Shown here: positions 18,367 through 28,065 of the stretch, in pieces
How the letters are laid out: each line of letters begins with the position of its first letter
Numbering within the stretch: the first letter of the stretch is position 1
Source: a virus
Length of the DNA stretch: 64,000 bases
IMG/VR virus record: IMGVR_UViG_3300021960_000018
Reading direction: 5' to 3' (one strand)
Position numbers and translations under genes: made by a program
Notes under the pieces: generated by a model
What the model saw: only the letters and a program-made list of their open reading frames with translations
Databases searched by the model: none
What the model was told of the DNA's origin: nothing

Positions 18367-18843
18367 TTAATTCCAACTTCCATCCCAGACATAAAAGATG
18401 TGATTGCCAATCCTACGAGAAGGCTCCATATGCGAAGCCCATTGCGGCTTTCGGATATAGTCAGCGTGGTAGAATTCAGCCCCATTTGTAATGTCGGGGT
18501 ATTTTTGATAGTATACTAGAGATGCAATTGCCTGAGCCATTTCCCAAGCTTCTGCATTGCGTGGAACATCAGATTTACCATCATGAGTCCAACTAAACTG
18601 ATTATCTTGCCAAACTACATCGCATATTGTATCTGGAAAATAAGCATTCTTAACACGATTCATAGTTACATGGGCTACTGCAATTTGACCTACTAGATTC
18701 TGGTCTCTTGCTTCGAAATAGACATTCAATGCAAGACATTCTTTATCTTGTTGAGTTTGCGCTGCCATAGCAGAAGATACGGCTGCGAATGCCATGGATG
18801 CCACAATGGAAGCATTCAGGGCAAAGGAGATTACGTTCTTCAT
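18367..18843 (-). CDS. SleB-family cell wall hydrolase (Hydrolase_2)
   Basis: CLALNVYFEAR, VAHVTMNRV, QFSW, YHA, IGNHIFY; N-terminal signal. Confidence 0.92.
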   Translation of the reverse strand: MKNVISFALNASIVASMAFAAVSSAMAAQTQQDKECLALNVYFEARDQNLVGQIAVAHVTMNRVKNAYFPDTICDVVWQDNQFSWTHDGKSDVPRNAEAWEMAQAIASLVYYQKYPDITNGAEFYHADYIRKPQWASHMEPSRRIGNHIFYVWDGSWN

Positions 18844-18869
18844 GTTTCCTGCCTCGGATTTTTATGTAA

Positions 18870-18907
18870 TATTTATATATCACAACCGATTTAGGATGTA
18901 AACCCCC
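18870..18907 (-). promoter_or_regulatory. Overlapping early (GGGGTTTACA) and late (TATAAATA, 18870-18877) promoters
   Basis: Both motifs are present upstream of the hydrolase. Confidence 0.65.
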
Positions 18908-18917
18908 TATTTACAAA

Positions 18918-19127
18918 TTATGCTAATTTTTTTATGCCCAGACACCAATTTTCAGCAGCATCTTCTACATATCGCATAGACTTACCGGGGAACTCCTCAG
19001 TGAAGAACCTACGTCCCTCATTGTCAAAATATTTGATATAAAACATTTCTTCTTTATAATTTACATGGATCTCACAATGTCCTAGAGATGTGTTGTTATT
19101 ATAGAAAGTCGAAATCTTTTTACCCAT
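18918..19127 (-). CDS. Hypothetical phage protein
   Basis: ORF overlapping the end of thyX; YVEDAAENW segment. Confidence 0.7.
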   Translation of the reverse strand: MGKKISTFYNNNTSLGHCEIHVNYKEEMFYIKYFDNEGRRFFTEEFPGKSMRYVEDAAENWCLGIKKLA

Positions 19128-19782
19128 TTTGAATAAACTCCTCTATCATTGGGAAGCATCGCGCGATCGCGTACGCGCACTCTCTCGCGAGCTCGATGTG
19201 CTCTTTTTGTGTACCATTTCCAGACCTAAGTTCAATGTAATGTACCCAAGAGCGAAGGGTACCATTAACATAGAGACGGCTAACTGTGTTCCCCTCTGGT
19301 AGCACAGCGCGCGCCTGTTCCTTGGCAATCCCGGCCTGAATTGCCCATTTGTATGCCATTCGTGCTTCATGAATTATCTGTTCCTGTTTAATAATCCAAG
19401 CTTTTTTGATTTGTTCATCATCAGTTTCTATAGAATTCTGACGATTCTTTTCATCTTGCAGTCGTGCTTCTCTGACAACAAATTGTAGATCTTCGGTGGG
19501 GTCTGCATATCGCTGTGAGAATTCTTGGAAAGAAAAAGACCTATGCCGCAAAAACTGTCTAGCAATATCACGAGTGGTTTCAACCTCAAGTGTGGCAGAA
19601 GCCATTTCTAGTGGTGACCAATGTTTATGTTTGATCAGATAACGAATAAGCTTTTCGCCAGTTTCTGTATTTAGCTGATTCGAGGGATTTGATACACGAG
19701 CACAATAGGCAATAAGATCTTTTGCATTATCAATGCCGATCATATTAACCGGTTGGGTATAACCAATTAGTCTAGCCTTCAC
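19120..19782 (-). CDS. thyX: Flavin-dependent thymidylate synthase
   Basis: HWSPLE, RHRSFSFQEFSQRY, ARAVLP, TQKEH. Confidence 0.97.
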   Translation of the reverse strand: MKARLIGYTQPVNMIGIDNAKDLIAYCARVSNPSNQLNTETGEKLIRYLIKHKHWSPLEMASATLEVETTRDIARQFLRHRSFSFQEFSQRYADPTEDLQFVVREARLQDEKNRQNSIETDDEQIKKAWIIKQEQIIHEARMAYKWAIQAGIAKEQARAVLPEGNTVSRLYVNGTLRSWVHYIELRSGNGTQKEHIELARECAYAIARCFPMIEEFIQNG

Positions 19783-20075
19783 TCTTCATTCTCCCAAGCG
19801 AATCGAGACTTCTTTTCTTTCTTTTGCGGTAGTTCTTTCGGTTTAAACCAATACTTACCTTCTACCCGAATAAAACGTTTATTGGTTTCCTCTTTATTCG
19901 GATTTTCGATAGTAACCATAGTACGCTTACCCTTATCAAAGGCTTTGCGTTGGTTAATAACTCTATCAGCAGAAGCCATATAGTCAGCCCTCACAGCACG
20001 ACGTGTAGCCGTCGATACGTTGCTGTGAATTCCCTGACTGATAAATCCTTTACTTTTACCGCCTTTTTTACCCAT
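19779..20075 (-). CDS. Basic hypothetical protein
   Basis: NPNKEETNKRFIRV segment; ATGA coupling to thyX. Confidence 0.7.
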   Translation of the reverse strand: MGKKGGKSKGFISQGIHSNVSTATRRAVRADYMASADRVINQRKAFDKGKRTMVTIENPNKEETNKRFIRVEGKYWFKPKELPQKKEKKSRFAWENEE

Positions 20076-20086
20076 TCTATATTCTC

Positions 20087-21463
20087 CTAATTCAGTTTAA
20101 AATCTTTGAAGCGATCGTTCATTTCGCTTTTATCAAATGCAGGTGTATCTTCTACCAATGTTTGTTCATCAGGATTTACATCAAATAGCCTCATCTTACT
20201 CCTATCTATGCCTAATACGAATCGTTTATATGTAGTTGGATCATTATAACGATTCTTCAATTGCTTTACGGCAATTTGTCCTTGTTTTTCGAGCTCTTCG
20301 GTTGAGACGATTGCGAACATGAGGTCTGCTGTTGCGGGTAGTCCAAAAGACTCGGAGGTGTCTTCAAGCCCAACATCTGAGTTACCATAACCTGAGCGAG
20401 TCGTTTGCGTTGCAGATACGAGCGGTACGTTGAACTCGACCGCAAGTCCACGGAGCTCTTCGGCAATAGCCTTGATATATGTGTAAGAATTGATAGATCC
20501 TCCCATAGCTTTCATCCGTGACGATGCACAGATATTTAAATAATCTACAAATATAATGTCTGGCTTAAAAGTCTTTTTAAGCTTTAGTTCATTCAATAGT
20601 GCACGGAAGTGTGAGCTATTGGCTTGACCAGTAGGATATTCTTTTACAATTAGTTTACCAGTAGTTTGCTTAGCAATACGAGCAACCTTCTGTGAGAACA
20701 TATCCTTAGGTACATTATCTAGCTGATCGATTGGTACATCCATAAGATTGGCGTCGATACGTTCAGCAATGCGTTCTTCCGCCATCTCCATAGTAATATA
20801 GAGAACATTATAACCATCGGCAAGCGCGGCTGCAGCAAAGTGACACATAGCCAATGATTTACCAACACCAGTACCAGCAAGGATAATATTGAGGGTTTTA
20901 TTTGGAAGACCGCCTTTGGTAATCTTGTTTAGCATTTCAAGATCAAAGGGGATCCGTTCTTCTTTGGTATGATAAAAGTCAAACCGTTGCTGCCAGTTCT
21001 CAATATAGTCGTGACCGACATTCGCATCAAAGGATACGCCCAATGCCTTTGTAAGAATATCAGGCAATGCATTTTTAGTAAGCGACTGGTGCTTGCCATC
21101 AATAATCGTAATGGATTCCATGATAGCATTATAGACTGCACGGTCTTGACACCACTTTTCAGTGGTGTTTACTAACCATTCGTCGTCAACCTTTTCTGTA
21201 CCAAATAGATTAGGCAAGACCTCTACAGCGTGACGATACTGTTCGTCACCCATGCTTGCCTCATCAATTTGGATCTTAAACGATTCGAGGGTTGGAAGTT
21301 TATTATACTTAGCTACAAACTTACCAACCTCTTGGAATAATGTTCGATAAGTTCCTTCAAAGTACTCCGGTCTAATGTAAGGAAGAACCTTACGTGTATA
21401 TTTCTCGTTTACTAGCAGATTGCGGAGAATAGTCTGCTCGAGATTAATATTCATCAAATTCAT
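20087..21463 (-). CDS. 41: Replicative DnaB-like helicase (gp41)
   Basis: AGTGVGKS Walker A; ITMEMAEE; VDYLN; SATQTTR; KQLKNRY. Confidence 0.96.
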   Translation of the reverse strand: MNLMNINLEQTILRNLLVNEKYTRKVLPYIRPEYFEGTYRTLFQEVGKFVAKYNKLPTLESFKIQIDEASMGDEQYRHAVEVLPNLFGTEKVDDEWLVNTTEKWCQDRAVYNAIMESITIIDGKHQSLTKNALPDILTKALGVSFDANVGHDYIENWQQRFDFYHTKEERIPFDLEMLNKITKGGLPNKTLNIILAGTGVGKSLAMCHFAAAALADGYNVLYITMEMAEERIAERIDANLMDVPIDQLDNVPKDMFSQKVARIAKQTTGKLIVKEYPTGQANSSHFRALLNELKLKKTFKPDIIFVDYLNICASSRMKAMGGSINSYTYIKAIAEELRGLAVEFNVPLVSATQTTRSGYGNSDVGLEDTSESFGLPATADLMFAIVSTEELEKQGQIAVKQLKNRYNDPTTYKRFVLGIDRSKMRLFDVNPDEQTLVEDTPAFDKSEMNDRFKDFKLN

Positions 21464-21647
21464 TTACCTCGGAATTAAATTTATCAACGATACTATGACA
21501 ATGATCACACAGGTATATTATACCGATTGAGACTATACCAGGCTCATCAGAGTCTTCTCGTCTATACCTAAACTCTTTATATTCGTCGAACCCACGAAAA
21601 AGTTCATCTTTGCACAAAGCACAGTATTTCTGGCTTTCTGCATTCAT
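21444..21647 (-). CDS. Small Zn-finger-like protein
   Basis: CxxC...CxxC. Confidence 0.55.
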   Translation of the reverse strand: MNAESQKYCALCKDELFRGFDEYKEFRYRREDSDEPGIVSIGIIYLCDHCHSIVDKFNSEVNEFDEY

Positions 21648-21889
21648 GCTGAAGCATCTTCTAATAGTGAGAATAGTATATCTTTTGCCACGGACTGTAA
21701 ATCCCCATTTTCTTTATCCAGATCGGCAACCGGGGAACTTATAAGATCAAAATTAAATTTAAGATGATCATCAACTACCTTAAGGGTTGTATATTGGATA
21801 ACAGTCTCTACAAAGTCACCTGACAAAATGCGAATCTGCCAGAACTCATTCTCAGTTGGGACTAGTTCATAGTCAACGTTTTCATGCAT
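21644..21889 (-). CDS. Hypothetical protein (at the position of T4 gp40)
   Basis: Lies between uvsX and 41; function positional only. Confidence 0.6.
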   Translation of the reverse strand: MHENVDYELVPTENEFWQIRILSGDFVETVIQYTTLKVVDDHLKFNFDLISSPVADLDKENGDLQSVAKDILFSLLEDASA

Positions 21890-22934
21890 CTTCATCATCA
21901 ATGATATCATCCATATTTACTGGTGCTGCATAACCAATCTTATATTGTTTTTCGATAAAAGATTTAAAGTCGGTATTAGCAAAGATAGGATCCCAGAACT
22001 CTTTTTCTAGAGTTTGATCGAGCCGTACTTTGCCGCCAACTTCACCAGTTTCCATATCAACCGTTGCATACCATCCATTCGAAGGTTTAGTAGCGTACCC
22101 ACCTGCAAGAGCCACGTCAAGAAGGCCAGAATAACGCTGAACACCACCGTCCCAGGAAACAGTAATAGGAATCTTAGACTTTTCCTTAACAAATCGAGAC
22201 TTTTCAACATTAATGACGAAGTTATACCCAACAATCTCTGTACCTTTCTTTTCCTGCTGACGACCGATGATCCAGATGTTATCGGCTGAATAATAAATGC
22301 CTGTACCACCAGACACAATCGCTTTCGGGAATAATCCCATCTCTTGATATGTATGGTTGACTGCAATCATAGGAATGTTCTTCATTGTCAGATAAGGTGT
22401 TGCCATGCGGAACAGGCCCTTAAGTGCTTTTGCTCTAGACATATCAGCAACTGATTTCTCGTTAATTGCATCCTCGAGTTCTTTCTTAGATGCAAGGTTA
22501 CCAATCGAGTCAATAACAATTACTACTTTATCACCACGCTCAATTCCTTCTAGTTGGTTAACTAGGTCAAACTTGAGTTGTTCTACGTCTGTGATAGGCG
22601 TATGCAATACCCGATCGGTATCGATACCAAACTGTTCGAAATAAGACTGTGGAGAACCGAACTCCGAATCATAGAAAAGAATAACCGAATCTTTATGCTG
22701 TTTCAGATATGCAGCCGCCATAAGCAGTGCGAACGACGTCTTGAAGTGTTTAGACGGACCAGCAAGAACTGTAAGACCCGAACTTAAACCGCCATCTACA
22801 GATCCAGACAGCGCAACGTTAATCATTGGAACATCGGTAGTAACCATATCCCTTTCATTAAAAAATTTAGATTCAGATAGAATAGATGTTGATTTAATCT
22901 TACTATTTTTCTGAAGTTTATCCATAATACTCAT
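21882..22934 (-). CDS. uvsX: UvsX RecA-like recombinase
   Basis: AGPSKHFKT, YDSEFG, IDSIGNLAS, SGGTG. Confidence 0.96.
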   Translation of the reverse strand: MSIMDKLQKNSKIKSTSILSESKFFNERDMVTTDVPMINVALSGSVDGGLSSGLTVLAGPSKHFKTSFALLMAAAYLKQHKDSVILFYDSEFGSPQSYFEQFGIDTDRVLHTPITDVEQLKFDLVNQLEGIERGDKVVIVIDSIGNLASKKELEDAINEKSVADMSRAKALKGLFRMATPYLTMKNIPMIAVNHTYQEMGLFPKAIVSGGTGIYYSADNIWIIGRQQEKKGTEIVGYNFVINVEKSRFVKEKSKIPITVSWDGGVQRYSGLLDVALAGGYATKPSNGWYATVDMETGEVGGKVRLDQTLEKEFWDPIFANTDFKSFIEKQYKIGYAAPVNMDDIIDDEDA

Positions 22935-23096
22935 CTAGTATCATTCTCCTTGTTATAAATTTCTTCGGCAAGAGTTTCAATACTTTTACCTTCCACATAA
23001 TTATATTTTACCAAATATTTGGCTTTTCGTAAATAATCATTTTGTTTTTCTTGGGGTAAATCTTCAAATTTTTTCATATCCAAAACCCTTTTTTAT

Positions 23097-23104
23097 TATA
23101 AATA
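23097..23104 (+). promoter_or_regulatory. Late promoter TATAAATA
   Basis: Exact consensus upstream of the endonuclease. Confidence 0.75.
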
Positions 23105-23165
23105 GAAGTGTAGATCGCGGTGCGGGAACACCCATCTACTCTAGAAACACAAGGAGATCTCCAGC

Positions 23166-23624
23166 ATGTACTATCTATATCTTAAGACCCATAATGTAAC
23201 CGGATTAAAGTATCTCGGTAAAACCAATTCAAATCCTTTTAAATATAAAGGTTCGGGTATTGTTTGGTCTCGACATTTACAAAAACATGGTAATGATGTT
23301 ACTACTACTGTTTTAAAAGAATGTCAAACCAATGAAGAAATACGTAGATGGGGCATTTATTATTCTGATAAATGGAATATCGTAGAATCTTCTGAATATG
23401 CAAATCTATGTCGGGAAGAAGGCCAGGGTGGTCATACTTATGATAAAAGAGGAAAATCCCGACCAAATGGATGTAAATTCCACAGAAGAGGTAGAAAACC
23501 TATTATAATAGACGATAAAGAATATATTAGTTCCCATTATGCCAGTAGCATATTAGACATACCCCAGTCAACCATCTCTTACAGAGTTAAGTCTGACTAT
23601 TGGCCAAATTACTCATTTGCGTAA
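23166..23624 (+). mobile_element. Free-standing GIY-YIG (Seg-like) homing endonuclease
   Basis: YLYLKTHNVTGLKYLGKT, YKGSG..W, C-terminal HTH-like segment; opposite strand to flanking genes. Confidence 0.85.
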
Positions 23625-24454
23625 GTGACATTTTGTTGTCTTTCCCTTTCATCTAAATCATATTGGGCTCTATACTCATTATTAATTCTAACACATTCTT
23701 CGACTAATGTAAACCTATCACTGTAATTAATTAGCGCATTTGTATCCTTTGGAAAACATGCTCCGCCATATCCTTGCTTACCGTCGAAGCCGGGAACTTT
23801 AGTATGTGAAGAACCAATACGAGGATCTGATGCAATGGCTTTCATAATGGTAGAATAATTGGCTCCAATATCTTGTGCAGCATCATATAGTTGATTAAAA
23901 AATGTAATCTTAGTAGCAAGGAATGCGTTAATCCCATATTTAACTAAAGAAGCTTCTGCCATACTCATAAAATGAAATGGTGCTGGATCGCATAGACTAT
24001 AATTTTCATATAGATCTTTTAATGCCCAGCATTCATCTACATCACCACCAATAATATGGAATTTAGGACGAACGAAATCTGCCTTGGCAAATCCCTCTGT
24101 AAGAAACTCAGGATTATATACAACCCCGCCAACGTCCCAATGTCGGATAATATCAGGAGTTACAGTTGATTTGATTACAATAATAGTGTTTATCAGCATA
24201 CTCTTAGTAAGGCGTTTCATTACCTTATTAAAGATAGTTGCGTCGATAGTGCCATCTTCCCCAAATGGTGTTGGTACACATACAAAAATAAAATGGCAGC
24301 TGCCGAGGATGCCAAGATTATTTTCTACTGTAGTATTATAGATTGGATCGATGATAACCTTTTCAACACGGTCATTGGTAAAGCCATAGTCAACAGCTTT
24401 ACCGACAAATCCGTGCCCAATAATAGCAATTCTTTTCAATTGATAAACTCCCAA
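23609..24454 (-). CDS. UDP-glucose/GDP-mannose dehydrogenase family protein (lacks C-terminal domain)
   Basis: GHGFVG, CVPTP, KSTV, NPEFL, GYGGACFPKD. Confidence 0.92.
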   Translation of the reverse strand: MGVYQLKRIAIIGHGFVGKAVDYGFTNDRVEKVIIDPIYNTTVENNLGILGSCHFIFVCVPTPFGEDGTIDATIFNKVMKRLTKSMLINTIIVIKSTVTPDIIRHWDVGGVVYNPEFLTEGFAKADFVRPKFHIIGGDVDECWALKDLYENYSLCDPAPFHFMSMAEASLVKYGINAFLATKITFFNQLYDAAQDIGANYSTIMKAIASDPRIGSSHTKVPGFDGKQGYGGACFPKDTNALINYSDRFTLVEECVRINNEYRAQYDLDERERQQNVTYANE

Positions 24455-24873
24455 TCAATCTGGGCTTCTTTGAACATTTCTAGAGTCTGTTCGACAGATT
24501 CCCGCCAACGTTCGTTGAAAGGATCCCCGTGCATAACAACACGATCAATACCTACTTGGATAATAGCCTTAGCGCATTCGCTGCAGCAGGGTAAGCCGTA
24601 GACGTACATGGTAGAACCTTTTAGGGATACACCATTGTAAGTAGCATTATAGATGCAGTTTGCTTCAGCGTGAACGATATATTTATACTTAATCTGACGA
24701 TCTGCATAACGTTCATTCATATCCAAAATGTGTCGTGGGAAGCCGTTATATCCTGTAGATAGTACTTCACCCTTCCCGCCTACCGCAATTGCACCGATTT
24801 TGCTGGAAGGATCTTTCGACCAAGTAGAAACTTCCTTGGCCAGGTTAATATAGCGGACGTCCCATTTATCCAT
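24436..24873 (-). CDS. dCMP deaminase
   Basis: SKDPS, TGYNG, HAEAN, PCCSEC; start reassigned to MDKWD. Confidence 0.92.
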   Translation of the reverse strand: MDKWDVRYINLAKEVSTWSKDPSSKIGAIAVGGKGEVLSTGYNGFPRHILDMNERYADRQIKYKYIVHAEANCIYNATYNGVSLKGSTMYVYGLPCCSECAKAIIQVGIDRVVMHGDPFNERWRESVEQTLEMFKEAQIDWEFIN

Positions 24874-26161
24874 AAAGTTCACTCCAGATTTTTTCATTGG
24901 TTTGGCGTTGTTGCATAGGATCTGTGCGGATTGCATCAGTCTTAAGAGGATGTTTGTCCCGCGAAAGAATCTTTTGTGGGACAAGATCTTTGAAAGCTTC
25001 TTTAAGAACTTTCTTTTCGCCATTACGTTGCTCGTACGGCGTGCGTAGCGCGTGCGTGACGACCTTAGGCGACAGGAATGGAGCACGAAGTTCAATAGTG
25101 CTATGCATCATCGTACGGTCCAATTTAGGTAGATGATAATAAGGCAATTCACACCAAATATCCGAAGCTTGGCTATCATACTCTTTTGCACGACGATATC
25201 CACCGAATAGTTCGTCAGCACCATCCCCGGTTAGGACTGCATGGAAACCGAGGTCATGTAGTTTTCCTGCCATAGCAATTTGTGGTTTGGTAGAACCAAG
25301 ATCAACTGGAGACTGATGTATAGCAACGCTATCCATGTCACTAACGCCGTGAAGTTGTACTTCGACCATATCTTTTGCAACCAATTTAGCATAGTCTTCT
25401 TCTCCATTATCGACGTGAATGGCTGTAACATCACGACCGAGGATATCAGTAATAATCTTATAAATGATGGTAGAATCTAGGCCGCCAGATAGTAGAATAG
25501 ACAGTTCACGCTGACCGCCAAGGCGTCGTTCGACTGATTCGATTAGGTCAGTGCGCAGGTCAGTGCACGAGGTCATTTTCCAATTCCAGTACTTGTGCAC
25601 TTGCCCTTTATGAATAAGGCATCCTGGAGGAAGTTGTTTAATTTCATTCCAGGGAGTACCACCAGTTGGATCATAGCCCCATTTCATAGTATTTGAATGG
25701 AACAGTTCGTTACGGGTGACAGGACCAAATTCTTTTAGTACATCTGGTTCAGAAGCCATAGCATCTACGTCAGTACGGTAATACAAAGGCTTAATACTAA
25801 GATGATCGGTAACACCAAACAGTGCGCCGTCCATAACAGTTACGTATGTCCAGAAGCCATCGAATCGATTAAACTCACGAATACCTTTGATCCAAAAGGT
25901 TTGCCATGCACAATCGATATCATTATCGAAGCCAAAATCTTCGTAGTTAAAGATTTCACCGACAAATAGTGAGTTACTACCAGGACGAGGCTGAATAGCG
26001 ACTTCAGGATCTAGATTAACAAATGGTAGACTTACGTGGCCGAGCTGAATAGGACCATTACGTTCATAGCCTTTATAACCCGGTAGTCCTCGATAAGCAA
26101 TTTTATCCAGTAATGATTCTACATCAACATCTGTATTGATTGCTGCAATGAAACCACACAT
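24866..26161 (-). CDS. Asparagine synthetase B-like glutamine amidotransferase
   Basis: N-terminal MCG (Ntn Cys), GEIFNY, SGGLDS, GDGADELFGGY, ELRAPFL. Confidence 0.92.
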   Translation of the reverse strand: MCGFIAAINTDVDVESLLDKIAYRGLPGYKGYERNGPIQLGHVSLPFVNLDPEVAIQPRPGSNSLFVGEIFNYEDFGFDNDIDCAWQTFWIKGIREFNRFDGFWTYVTVMDGALFGVTDHLSIKPLYYRTDVDAMASEPDVLKEFGPVTRNELFHSNTMKWGYDPTGGTPWNEIKQLPPGCLIHKGQVHKYWNWKMTSCTDLRTDLIESVERRLGGQRELSILLSGGLDSTIIYKIITDILGRDVTAIHVDNGEEDYAKLVAKDMVEVQLHGVSDMDSVAIHQSPVDLGSTKPQIAMAGKLHDLGFHAVLTGDGADELFGGYRRAKEYDSQASDIWCELPYYHLPKLDRTMMHSTIELRAPFLSPKVVTHALRTPYEQRNGEKKVLKEAFKDLVPQKILSRDKHPLKTDAIRTDPMQQRQTNEKIWSELYG

Positions 26162-26940
26162 TACACTGCTGCTCCTTCGAAGTTATCCCAATTGTATTCT
26201 TGAATGCCGGCAAGCTGTCTTAGTGCATATCGATCATTCTCGAAACAATGTAAACTAGTTGAGCTAAAATGTAAATACCCTGGTTTGGCATTTATACCAC
26301 TTTTTTCAATCATCCACATAGTTAGACGATTAGCAAAGTATAGGTCGTTGTGTAGGTGACGCACCACGTCGCAAGAGCGCATGTGATATGAACAGTGTAG
26401 TTCACCGCCGCGTTCCATAAAGTGCCAACCGAATGAACAGGGTACACGCTCACCCTGATTAGCAGCTACGATATCCTCGGGAAACCACATAGGAACATAA
26501 CACTGACGGGTAGTACTGTCCTTTTTAAGCAATTCAACGGCATCGCCAAGGTTGCCAGTCTTGAAGCGAATACCGTCCATGCTTGGTGCCCACATACGTT
26601 CGGGATACGAATGAGAGAACGCTTGTTGGCCCTCAGACATATATTTGTCTGTATCCTTGAGCCACATAGTGTGGGATGGGGGAGGATTAAGTGGTACACC
26701 GCCGGTACGTTCGTCAAAGTGTACGTCGGCCCAGGGTTGTGTAGCGCTTAGACCGTCTGATGCTTCTTTGGCATCAGTATACATTGGTGCTACTAGGTCA
26801 GCGTGAAGAATCTCCAGGAAGGTAGGCGGAGAGGTCGTACCCTGCCAGCTTCCCGTCTGAATCGTATACCCCTGTTTGTACAACAAAGTCCTTAAGTTTT
26901 TCAAGCCCTCGCTCAGATTTCTCCCGCTTACTCTGTTCAC
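26161..26940 (-). CDS. Thymidylate synthase homolog, dCMP hydroxymethylase-like
   Basis: VPC catalytic Cys; MRSCDVVRHLHND; SLH. Confidence 0.8.
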   Translation of the reverse strand: MNRVSGRNLSEGLKNLRTLLYKQGYTIQTGSWQGTTSPPTFLEILHADLVAPMYTDAKEASDGLSATQPWADVHFDERTGGVPLNPPPSHTMWLKDTDKYMSEGQQAFSHSYPERMWAPSMDGIRFKTGNLGDAVELLKKDSTTRQCYVPMWFPEDIVAANQGERVPCSFGWHFMERGGELHCSYHMRSCDVVRHLHNDLYFANRLTMWMIEKSGINAKPGYLHFSSTSLHCFENDRYALRQLAGIQEYNWDNFEGAAV

Positions 26941-27361
26941 TTTCGTATACCCTTTCTCTCAGGTTTGAAGAAGAGAACCTGTGGTCTCTCTTGTTATAAT
27001 AAATGTCAATACCAAGTGCGCGGCATTCTTCTTTACCGGTAAAGTCACGGGATCGATATTCATCACCAATAATACGGATATCAATAGGATACATCTCTAA
27101 GATATCCATAACGTCAGACTCTGTCTGATATGGGATAATTTCATCTACGTAACTAACAGCGGCAAGTTGGGAATGCCGCTCCACTAGGGTTTGTACTGGT
27201 GGATTCTTGTACATTCTATCATAACTTGGGTCCACTTGTAAACCACAAATTAGATGGTCGCACACACTTTTTGCTTCACGGAGCATGGCTATATGCCCCG
27301 CGTGAAGTAAATCAAAAGTGCTAAAGGTAATACCTACGATAGGCTTTTTAGGATGCTCCAT
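26798..27361 (-). CDS. Glycerol-3-phosphate cytidylyltransferase-like (TagD-like) nucleotidyltransferase
   Basis: FDLLHAGH, YVDEIIPY, RDHRFSSS. Confidence 0.88.
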   Translation of the reverse strand: MEHPKKPIVGITFSTFDLLHAGHIAMLREAKSVCDHLICGLQVDPSYDRMYKNPPVQTLVERHSQLAAVSYVDEIIPYQTESDVMDILEMYPIDIRIIGDEYRSRDFTGKEECRALGIDIYYNKRDHRFSSSNLRERVYESEQSKREKSERGLEKLKDFVVQTGVYDSDGKLAGYDLSAYLPGDSSR

Positions 27362-28065
27362 GTTTCTTCCCAACTCTTTACATGATGTGCATGGCTGCCA
27401 GAATTTGCAACTTCTAGCATGAGCGTATAATCATTTCCCCCTGGCTCCATTTTGTCTCCAAAGAAATGAATGTTATCATATGGGGAAAATTTATGAATGA
27501 TTTGGGATTTATCATATCCCTTTTCGACAATATCTATACCGGTTTCTCCTGCGACTTGGCAATCATAGGCAGGAAAATACGTATTCAAATAATCAGCAAT
27601 TGCTTGTCTTTCGTAATGAACGGCATCCCATTCTTTATATTCTTCCCGTTCATCGATAGTACATCCACGACCGATAATAGAAAAATTAACTAGGCCCGGT
27701 CTTACATCTACATGATTCCCGGTTTTAACTGGGAACTGACTTATCTGGAGGAAGTCGTCAAATGCGTCAAACATTTCCATAGGAAGTTCCATTTTACGAA
27801 CTTCAAGTCTTCTGTCTTTGTGCCAAATATCATTACCTGCGCACTGGAAACAGATCTGCATTGAATTATATAATCCGGAGCCGATTTGTTCTAAGGTTTT
27901 CGGACGGTCAGATCCTGTTACAATACAACAAAAATGATTGTTAGCAAAATCAATCATCCAGTCTCTAAACTTAGGATCAATTGTATGTCTACTATATGTG
28001 AGAGTTCCGTCTACGTCGAAAACGAACTTATTAAGGTCTGGTTTTGATTTTACATCAAGCTGCAT
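27334..28065 (-). CDS. HAD-type (eukaryotic-like) phosphomannomutase
   Basis: FDVDGTLT, VTGSD, NFSIIGR, FFGDKMEPGGNDY. Confidence 0.9.
   Translation of the reverse strand: MQLDVKSKPDLNKFVFDVDGTLTYSRHTIDPKFRDWMIDFANNHFCCIVTGSDRPKTLEQIGSGLYNSMQICFQCAGNDIWHKDRRLEVRKMELPMEMFDAFDDFLQISQFPVKTGNHVDVRPGLVNFSIIGRGCTIDEREEYKEWDAVHYERQAIADYLNTYFPAYDCQVAGETGIDIVEKGYDKSQIIHKFSPYDNIHFFGDKMEPGGNDYTLMLEVANSGSHAHHVKSWEETWSILKSLS

Noticed and set aside
24874-25095. N-terminal extensions in the ORF track (dCMP deaminase here; likewise hsp20, primase, QueC-like and 47365)
   Set aside because: They overlap neighbouring genes or promoters; downstream ATGs fit family length and SD position better
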